UHGV virus genome: UHGV-0193479
Length of the DNA: 14,009 nt
Reading direction: 5' to 3' (one strand)
Origin: a virus
Of this stretch, positions 8,206 through 14,009 are shown piece by piece; the first letter of the stretch is position 1; each line of letters starts with the position of its first letter. The notes under the pieces were generated by a model that did no database searches, was not told the origin of the DNA, and saw only the letters and a program-made list of their open reading frames with translations. The position numbers were made by a program, and so were the translations under genes.

Positions 8206-8916
8206 ATGCGTCAGAAAACCATCGATGCGATTATGGCGCATGCTGCAGCTGAATATCCTCATGAGTGTTGCGGCGTGGTGGCGCAGAAAAGCCGCGTTGA
8301 ACGTTATTTCCCGTGCCGGAATCTTGCCGAGGCGCCGGAGGACAATTTTGTCCTTTGCCCCGAAGACTACGCAGCTGCTGAGGACTGGGGAACGGTGATC
8401 GCCATCGTTCACAGTCACCCTGACGCCACAACGCAACCGAGCGAACTGGATAAAGCGCAATGCGACGCAACGCTTTTACCCTGGCATATTGTGAGCTGGC
8501 CGGAGGGGGATTTACGCACCATCCAGCCGCGCGGAGAACTGCCGCTGCTGGAGCGTCCGTTTGTGCTTGGACACTTCGACTGCTGGGGGCTGGTAATGAG
8601 CTATTTTCGGCAAACGCATGGTATCGAACTCCACGATTACCGGGTTGATTATCCCTGGTGGGAAAACGAATATCCGGACAACTTCTATCAGGATTGCTGG
8701 TATGAGTGCGGTTTCCGGGAATTCGACGGGCCACCGAAACCCGGCGATATGGTGATCATGCAGGTCCAGGCTGATAAGTGGAACCACGCGGGAATTCTGC
8801 TGGAGGGAAATATGCTGCTGCACCACCTGTACGGACATCTGAGCCAGCGCGTGCCGTATGGTGGCTACTGGCAGGAAAGGACGATGAAGATCGTCAGATA
8901 TAAAACGCTTCTATAG
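8206..8916 (+). CDS. K: Tail assembly protein K-like; N-terminal JAB/MPN (JAMM) metalloprotease motif plus C-terminal NlpC/P60-type Cys-His peptidase domain
   Basis: 236 aa; JAMM signature E…HSHPDATTQPSELD (E-x(n)-H-x-H-x7-S-x2-D) and downstream DCWGLV…H typical of NlpC/P60. Position between L and I as in lambda. RBS AGGAG at 8197..8201. Confidence 0.93.
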   Translation: MRQKTIDAIMAHAAAEYPHECCGVVAQKSRVERYFPCRNLAEAPEDNFVLCPEDYAAAEDWGTVIAIVHSHPDATTQPSELDKAQCDATLLPWHIVSWPEGDLRTIQPRGELPLLERPFVLGHFDCWGLVMSYFRQTHGIELHDYRVDYPWWENEYPDNFYQDCWYECGFREFDGPPKPGDMVIMQVQADKWNHAGILLEGNMLLHHLYGHLSQRVPYGGYWQERTMKIVRYKTLL

Positions 8917-8937
8917 CCCACTCAGGTGGGTTTTTTT
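8917..8937 (+). terminator. Rho-independent terminator after K
   Basis: Seen in sequence: CCCAC-TCAG-GTGGG followed by TTTTTTT (8931..8937), starting directly after the K stop codon (TAG 8914..8916). Confidence 0.7.
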
Positions 8938-9081
8938 AAACCCCGCATTTCACCGCGCACCGCACGCGCAATTCAAACCAAGAACCTTTCAGGATGCACC
9001 TTGAGGAACCGGCTGGCTGTCGGAGCCTTCTTGGGGCCGTTTTCCTGTGCGACAAGGTTCATCACTAAAAGGTAATCCGAT

Positions 9082-9591
9082 ATGCAATATCCAACCGTAT
9101 CTGTAAACGGCGTATCAGTTCGTGTCGATAACGAAGGACGTTATAATCTTAATGATCTCCACGCCGCAGCGGTGGCTGAAGGCAAAGCCACTGAATCACA
9201 GCGACCAGGTGAGTTTCTCAAAACCAAGCAAGTAAGGCGATTTGTTCAAGCCTTGAGCGATGCGAAGAAAATCGCATCGGTTATGACAATTAAGGGGGGA
9301 CCATTTCAGGGCTCCTGGGGGCTTGAACTTATCGCTATACGCTATGCAGCCTGGCTCAATCCGCTTTTTGAAATCAAAGTCTATGAGACATTTCAAATGC
9401 TAATGCGTCGCGGGTTCGATGCCATGTCTCGCTTGAATAAAATCGACCATGTGATTAACACCGAAACCAAAGCGATCAGCCAGTGCGCCAGCCAGATGGC
9501 CAAGTGGGGTGTTGGTGGCCGCAAGCGGCTTCTACACACAGCACGGGAGCGTGTAGCTGATGAAGTACAGATGTATCTCCCCGGTATTTAA
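9082..9591 (+). CDS. KilA-N domain protein (cargo/moron gene, function unknown)
   Basis: 169 aa. N-terminal region …VSVRVDNEGRYNLNDLHAAA…RPGEFLKTKQVRRFVQAL…GSWGLELIAIRYAAWLNPLFEIKV… fits the KilA-N pattern (I/V-R-x-D-x-x-G-x-x-NLNDLHKA…WL…K). Inserted between K and I, where lambda has no gene. Confidence 0.7.
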   Translation: MQYPTVSVNGVSVRVDNEGRYNLNDLHAAAVAEGKATESQRPGEFLKTKQVRRFVQALSDAKKIASVMTIKGGPFQGSWGLELIAIRYAAWLNPLFEIKVYETFQMLMRRGFDAMSRLNKIDHVINTETKAISQCASQMAKWGVGGRKRLLHTARERVADEVQMYLPGI

Positions 9592-9679
9592 AGGGCGCGT
9601 GAACCAAGATAACATTCGGTTTTGCTACCGCTCGATCCCTGCTACTCTTTTGGCAAAATTGACCAAAGGGGATAGGGAT

Positions 9680-10093
9680 ATGAAAAGAATTTTAGTTTTT
9701 ACCTCCATCTTAATGGTTGCCGGTTGTGCAACTAAGCCGGTGACAAATGAACAAGCACAGGATGTTCCTGCAAAACAGGTTATCAGCAATACACTGCTAG
9801 TAAAAAAAGAAGGGACTGGCAAGGTAATAATCAAACGAGACTCTGGTTTTATGGGCAGCGCCTGCATGACCCGAGTTTATGTTGATGGCAAGGAGGTCGC
9901 AGACTTAGATACAGCTCAAAAGGTAACGGTCTATCCCAAAATTGGAGATCATATCTTTAGCGCTTGGCCCAAAGGTATGTGTGGCGGAGGCATGAGCGAA
10001 CAGTCGGGTAAGGTGACAGATACTGGGGTTTTGATGTTTAGAGTTGGTTACGGAACCAACGGTGATTTTGGTATCTACCCTACAGCATTTTGA
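9680..10093 (+). CDS. Predicted lipoprotein (cargo/moron gene); signal peptide with lipobox VAG|C, Ala at +2
   Basis: 137 aa from ATG 9680: MKRILVFTSILMVAGCATKP… has n-region MKR, hydrophobic h-region and lipobox V-A-G-C. GGGGA RBS-like purine run upstream. The ORF-track start 9560 overlaps the KilA-N gene 3' end in another frame and precedes the signal peptide, so 9680 is preferred. Confidence 0.72.
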   Translation: MKRILVFTSILMVAGCATKPVTNEQAQDVPAKQVISNTLLVKKEGTGKVIIKRDSGFMGSACMTRVYVDGKEVADLDTAQKVTVYPKIGDHIFSAWPKGMCGGGMSEQSGKVTDTGVLMFRVGYGTNGDFGIYPTAF

Positions 10094-10112
10094 ATGCAGC
10101 AATTATATATAA

Positions 10113-10135
10113 CCTCGCTCAGGCGGGGTTTTTTA
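10113..10135 (+). terminator. Rho-independent terminator after lipoprotein gene
   Basis: Seen in sequence: CCTCGC-TCAG-GCGGGG (6-bp stem with one G-U wobble) followed by TTTTTTATT; 20 nt after the lipoprotein stop and 17 nt before the I start. Confidence 0.7.
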
Positions 10136-10151
10136 TTATTAAGAGGTTTAT

Positions 10152-10742
10152 ATGTCTGAAGCAATGACTCGAATTGAGCTCGGCGGCGAACCCGGTAAAA
10201 TATTTGGTAAAACTCATTGGCGACTTATCAGTAAAGTTTCTGAAGCAGGTGTAGCACTCGCAAAAACAATCACCGGGTTTGAAAGTTATATGGTAAACAG
10301 CAAGCGCCGCGGACTAACCTTTGCCATTTTTAAAGGAAAGAAAAACATAGGAGTTGATGACCTAGGTTTTCCGGTAACTGGTGAAGTGGTCAGGATTGTA
10401 CCGGTTATCATCGGAAGCAAAAAGGCTGGTTTACTTCAGACAATATTGGGTGCTGTTATTGTTGCAGTAGGTGCCATTGCTACATTTGGTTTTGCCCAGG
10501 CTTGGGGTGTAAATGTAATGATGGCTGGTGGAGCTATGATGGCGGGTGGCGTCGTCCAGATGTTATCTCCTCAGCCAACCGGATTAGCCAGCAAACAAAG
10601 TGCAGATAACCGTGCATCGTATGCGTTTGGCGGGGTAACCAACACTGCAGCGCAAGGCTACCCAGTGCCTCTGCTTTATGGTAAGCGTCGAATCGGCGGA
10701 GCGATTATTTCTGCCGGAATTTATGTCGAAGATCAACAGTAA
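10152..10742 (+). CDS. I: Tail assembly protein I-like (lambda gpI family)
   Basis: 196 aa; glycine/alanine-rich hydrophobic segment GAVIVAVGAIATFGFAQAWG…MMAGGAMMAGGVVQMLSPQP and C-terminal …PVPLLYGKRRIGG… parallel lambda I (…GAAAIAGSFFTAG…LGGVAQMLAPK…VLPVLYGEMRVGS…). Position between K and J. Clearly more divergent from lambda and more AT-rich than the flanking tail genes. Confidence 0.88.
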   Translation: MSEAMTRIELGGEPGKIFGKTHWRLISKVSEAGVALAKTITGFESYMVNSKRRGLTFAIFKGKKNIGVDDLGFPVTGEVVRIVPVIIGSKKAGLLQTILGAVIVAVGAIATFGFAQAWGVNVMMAGGAMMAGGVVQMLSPQPTGLASKQSADNRASYAFGGVTNTAAQGYPVPLLYGKRRIGGAIISAGIYVEDQQ

Positions 10743-10779
10743 ATTAATTAACTTATTAGCTGATAGGCAGGAGAAAACT

Positions 10780-11097
10780 ATGACTTTAGAAGAGCGCATG
10801 AGCATGCTTGAGGCAACCATCGCGAGCCTGCAGGTGGAGATAGCAGAGCTGCATAACCCGGCAATCGTCAATTCCGCCATTCAGAACGCACTACGGCCAG
10901 GTGGCGCTATTCATTCGACCATCACCGGTAATGGCTGGAGTTTGCGAGTAAAGGAGGGAAAGATTTCGCAGGGTGATGCAGGGGTTTTCGGTGGAACGGT
11001 AACAGCGGCCCAGAATGAGGCCGCTAAAACTCATGAAGAAATATTCAATGAAAAGCTCGATTTAATTATTTCTTTGATGCCACCTCTAAAACTTTAA
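10780..11097 (+). CDS. Hypothetical small protein (105 aa), predicted N-terminal coiled coil; cargo ORF between I and J
   Basis: ATG 10780 preceded by AGGAG (10769..10773). MTLEERMSMLEATIASLQVEIAELH… has heptad-like pattern. No similarity to a lambda protein recognised. The ORF-track start 10678 would overlap the I gene 3' end and is less likely. Confidence 0.5.
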   Translation: MTLEERMSMLEATIASLQVEIAELHNPAIVNSAIQNALRPGGAIHSTITGNGWSLRVKEGKISQGDAGVFGGTVTAAQNEAAKTHEEIFNEKLDLIISLMPPLKL

Positions 11098-11326
11098 GGA
11101 TGCGCGTGAACGCATCAATTGTGTGCGGATCATTACGTGCAGCTGATTCTGGGATTTTTGCTTGCCCTGCCTGATAGTTTTTAGTCAGAGCATCGAGTGC
11201 GCCTGGCCGGGCAATGTCCAGTAATTTCACAATGTCCGATAGAATCAGGCCAGTTGCAATTTCATGCGTAAGCAGCTTTTGTTTAAGCTCTGCCACTTCT
11301 TTTTCCAGTTCTAACATCGAACCCAT
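11066..11326 (-). CDS. Hypothetical small protein (86 aa), predicted N-terminal coiled coil; antisense to the late operon
   Basis: Minus-strand ORF MGSMLELEKEVAELKQKLLTHEIA… with a strong RBS on the minus strand (AAGGAG, 6-nt spacer, ATG at complement of 11324..11326). 3' end overlaps the convergent + ORF by 32 nt. Only convincing minus-strand gene in the window. Confidence 0.55.
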   Translation of the reverse strand: MGSMLELEKEVAELKQKLLTHEIATGLILSDIVKLLDIARPGALDALTKNYQAGQAKIPESAARNDPHTIDAFTRILKVLEVASKK

Positions 11327-11457
11327 TTACTTCTCCTTTTTCCAGAGGTAATCAGCCATTCCACCTGTTATGAGTTCACCAGCGTCCCACCGCTGGCGGG
11401 CTGAATCCACAACATAACCAGGTGTTTAGATTTTTAACATCCTGATATTCAGACAGT

Positions 11458-11480
11458 AGCCACCTTTGGGTGGCTTTTTT
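11458..11480 (+). terminator. Rho-independent terminator immediately upstream of J
   Basis: Seen in sequence: AGCCACC-TTTG-GGTGGCT followed by TTTTTT (7-bp perfect stem); ends 11 nt before the J start codon. Orientation-specific: on the minus strand the A-run precedes the hairpin. Confidence 0.6.
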
Positions 11481-11491
11481 ATGGGCGCAAT

Positions 11492-14009
11492 ATGGCTACA
11501 GATAAAGTGTTAAAAGGCCGCAAGGGCGGCAGCTCAAGTTCCCGAACCCCTACCGAACAGCCTGATGATCTGCAATCTGTAGCGAAGGCAAAAATCCTCG
11601 TTGCGCTTGGGGAAGGGGAGTTTGCTGGACAGCTCACCGGCAAAGATATCTACCTGGACGGAACAGCGCTGGAGAATGCTGACGGCTCCCAAAACTTCAG
11701 CGGGGTAACGTGGGAGTTTCGCGCGGGAACGCAGGCGCAAAAATATATTCAGGGTATTCCCGGTACCGAAAACGAGATCAGCGTAGGAACTGAGGTATCA
11801 AGTGCCACAGCCTGGACGCGCACGTTTACCAATACGCAGCTTTCAGCAGTTCGCCTGCGTCTTAAATGGCCCTCGCTTTTCAAACAGGAAGACGACGGCG
11901 ATCTGGTGGGTTACTCGGTCAATTATGCGATTGACCTGCAGACTGACGGCGGCACATGGCAGACGGTACTCAATACCAGCGTGACCGGCAAAACGACGTC
12001 TGGTTATGAGCGCAGCCACCGTATCGATTTACCGCAGGCTGGCAGCACATGGACAATACGTCTGCGTAAGATTACCTCTGACGCCAACAGCGCGAAGATC
12101 GGCGACACGATGATGCTGCAGAGCTTCACCGAGGTGATTGACGCCAAACTGCGCTACCCGAACACCGCGCTGCTCTACGTCGAATTCGACTCAAGCCAGT
12201 TCAACGGCTCTATTCCTCAAATTTCATGCGAACCGCGCGGCCGCGTTATCCGCGTTCCAGATACCTACGACCCTGAAACCCGCACTTATAGCGGTACATG
12301 GACCGGTGCGTTTAAGTGGGCATGGACGGATAACCCTGCGTGGATTTTTTACGACCTGGTTGTTTCTGACCGGTTCGGCCTTGGGCACCGTTTGACCGCT
12401 GCGAATATTGATAAATGGACGCTTTATCAGGTTGCTCAGTATTGTGATCAGATGGTACCAGACGGCAAAGGGGGCAACGGTACAGAACCACGCTATACCT
12501 GCAACGTGTACATTCAGGACCGGAACGACGCCTACACAGTCCTGCGTGATTTTGCCGCTATCTTCCGTGGCATGACCTACTGGGGCGGGGATCAGATTGT
12601 GGCCCTGGCTGACATGCCGCGCGATGTTGATTACAGCTATACGCGCGCTAACGTTGTTGGCGGTCGCTTCACCTATTCGAGCAGCACCACGAAAAGCCGC
12701 TACACCACAGCGCTGGTTTCATGGTCAGACCCGGGTAACGCTTATGCCGACGCGATGGAGCCGGTATTTGAGCAGGCGCTGGTGGCGCGGTACGGCTTCA
12801 ATCAGCTGGAAATGACAGCCATCGGCTGCACCAGGCAGTCAGAGGCGAACCGAAAGGGGCGCTGGGGTATTCTCACCAATAACAAGGATCGCGTTGTTTC
12901 GTTTGATGTCGGGCTGGACGGAAACATTCCGCAGCCGGGCTACATCATCGCCGTGGCAGACGAGCTGCTTTCCGGAAAGGTTATGGGCGGCCGCATCAGC
13001 GCCGTTAACGGTCGCGTTATCAAACTTGACCGCGTAGCTGATGCAGCACCAGGTGATCGCCTTATTCTCAACCTGCCTTCCGGAGCGTCGCAGAGCAGGA
13101 CCATTCAGGCCGTGAACGGGGAATCAGTCACAGTCACCACGGCATACAGTGAGACGCCACAGGCCGAAGCTGTTTGGGTGGTTGAATCTGACGAGCTTTA
13201 CGCGCAGCAGTATCGTGTTGTCAGCGTTTCCGATAACAATGATGGCACTTTCTCGATTACCGGCGCTTTGCACGATCCGGATAAATATGCGCGTATCGAT
13301 ACCGGTGCCATTATCGACCAGCGGCCAATAAGTGTAATTCCGCCCGGTAATCAGTCCCCGCCAGCTAATATCGCGATCAGTTCGTTTTCTGTCGTTCAGC
13401 AGAATATCAGCGTTGAGACCATGCGCGTCAGCTGGGACCAGGCGAAAAATGCTATCGCGTATGAGGCACAGTGGCGTCGCAATGACGGGAACTGGGTGAA
13501 TGTGCCGCGCAGCTCCACCACGTCATTCGATGTTCCGGGGATTTATGCAGGACGCTACCTGGTTCGCGTGCGTGCCATCAATGCCGCCGAAATTTCATCT
13601 GGGTGGGGCTATTCAGAAGAGAAAACGTTGACGGGTAAAGTGGGAAACCCACCGAAGCCGGTTGGCTTCATCGCTTCTGAAAACGTGGTATTCGGTATCG
13701 AGCTGAACTGGGGATTCCCGGCGAATACCGAAGACACGCTGAAGACGGAAATTCAGTACAGCCTGACCGGTAGCGAAGATGATGCAATGCTGCTGGCCGA
13801 TGTGCCTTATCCGCAGCGCAAATATCAGCAGATGGGTCTTAAGGCAGGGCAGATTTTCTGGTATCGCGCGCAACTGGTCGACAGAACGGGAAACGAGTCC
13901 GGGTATACCGACTGGGTGCGAGGTCAGGCCAGCATCGATGTTTCCGATATCACCGATGTGATCCTGGAGGAGATCAAAGACTCCGCTACGTTTAAAGATC
14001 TGATTGAGA
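11492..14009 (+). CDS. J: Central tail fibre / host specificity protein, lambda gpJ-like (3'-truncated by window edge)
   Basis: Open frame from ATG 11492 to the window end with no stop (checked at start, middle and end), about 839 codons. …VAKAKILVALGEGEFAG…, …LRYPNTALLYVEFDSSQFNG…, …RTYSGTWTGAFKWAWTDNPAWIFYDLV…, …YQVAQYCDQMVPDGKGGNGTEPRYTCNVYIQ… are collinear with lambda J (…CYPNTALVGVQVDSEQFG…, …RQYSGIWDGTFKPAYSNNMAWCLWDML…, …GQYCDQSVPDGFGGTEPRITCNAYL…). Absent from the ORF track only because it has no stop in the window. Confidence 0.95.
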   Translation, partial: MATDKVLKGRKGGSSSSRTPTEQPDDLQSVAKAKILVALGEGEFAGQLTGKDIYLDGTALENADGSQNFSGVTWEFRAGTQAQKYIQGIPGTENEISVGTEVSSATAWTRTFTNTQLSAVRLRLKWPSLFKQEDDGDLVGYSVNYAIDLQTDGGTWQTVLNTSVTGKTTSGYERSHRIDLPQAGSTWTIRLRKITSDANSAKIGDTMMLQSFTEVIDAKLRYPNTALLYVEFDSSQFNGSIPQISCEPRGRVIRVPDTYDPETRTYSGTWTGAFKWAWTDNPAWIFYDLVVSDRFGLGHRLTAANIDKWTLYQVAQYCDQMVPDGKGGNGTEPRYTCNVYIQDRNDAYTVLRDFAAIFRGMTYWGGDQIVALADMPRDVDYSYTRANVVGGRFTYSSSTTKSRYTTALVSWSDPGNAYADAMEPVFEQALVARYGFNQLEMTAIGCTRQSEANRKGRWGILTNNKDRVVSFDVGLDGNIPQPGYIIAVADELLSGKVMGGRISAVNGRVIKLDRVADAAPGDRLILNLPSGASQSRTIQAVNGESVTVTTAYSETPQAEAVWVVESDELYAQQYRVVSVSDNNDGTFSITGALHDPDKYARIDTGAIIDQRPISVIPPGNQSPPANIAISSFSVVQQNISVETMRVSWDQAKNAIAYEAQWRRNDGNWVNVPRSSTTSFDVPGIYAGRYLVRVRAINAAEISSGWGYSEEKTLTGKVGNPPKPVGFIASENVVFGIELNWGFPANTEDTLKTEIQYSLTGSEDDAMLLADVPYPQRKYQQMGLKAGQIFWYRAQLVDRTGNESGYTDWVRGQASIDVSDITDVILEEIKDSATFKDLIE

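Noticed and set aside
8231-8734. 167-aa minus-strand ORF and 8512..8838 minus ORF antisense to K
   Set aside because: Overlap the K gene, which carries clear JAMM and NlpC/P60 motifs in the + frame; no independent support.
8938-9081. Possible sigma70 promoter for the cargo cassette (e.g. TTGAGG at 9001..9006; TTCCTG...TAAAAG near 9042..9071)
   Set aside because: Hexamers are poor matches and spacing to the start codon is awkward. I could not identify a convincing -35/-10 pair by eye, so no promoter is annotated; expression may rely on read-through or a non-canonical promoter.
9560-9679. Longer lipoprotein ORF starting at ATG 9560 (177 aa)
   Set aside because: Would overlap the 3' end of the KilA-N gene and place about 40 residues in front of an obvious signal peptide. 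The internal ATG 9680 gives a canonical lipoprotein N-terminus and has a purine-rich RBS.
10678-10779. Longer version of the small + ORF starting at 10678 inside the I gene
   Set aside because: Overlaps the last 65 nt of I in another frame; ATG 10780 has a proper AGGAG RBS and lies just after the I stop.
11802-12815. Three 60-85-aa + strand ORFs (11802..11984, 12138..12395, 12597..12815) listed in the ORF track
   Set aside because: All are in an alternate frame within the J gene, whose own frame is open from 11492 to the window end and is homologous to lambda J throughout.
1-14009. Search for tRNA genes, CRISPR repeats, integrase/att sites or IS elements
   Set aside because: No cloverleaf-like conserved tRNA motifs, no regularly spaced direct repeats and no transposase-like or integrase-like ORFs were seen. 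The window is wholly internal to the late structural operon.

Overview
This window is the late morphogenetic operon of a lambda-like siphovirus (prophage or phage of an enterobacterial host), all on the + strand and collinear with lambda: D (3' end), E, FI, FII, Z, U, V, G, T, H, M, L, K, I and J (5' part, running off the window end). Protein identities were assigned by comparison with lambda sequences recalled from memory; no database search was run. Two things depart from the lambda backbone and are the best candidates for new biology. (1) A terminator-bounded two-gene cargo cassette between K and I (about 8917..10135), encoding a KilA-N-domain protein and a predicted outer-membrane lipoprotein. 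(2) Two small, convergent, 3'-overlapping ORFs of unknown function between I and J (10780..11326). Both lie in a visibly AT-richer block (about 9080..11330) that also contains the I gene, suggesting a horizontally exchanged module. Other observations: a G-T -1 frameshift site with a variant heptamer (GGAAAAG), hairpins after the high-copy genes D, E and V, an intrinsic terminator directly upstream of J, and a 9-bp tandem repeat in FI. No tRNA, rRNA, CRISPR array, integrase or att site was recognised.
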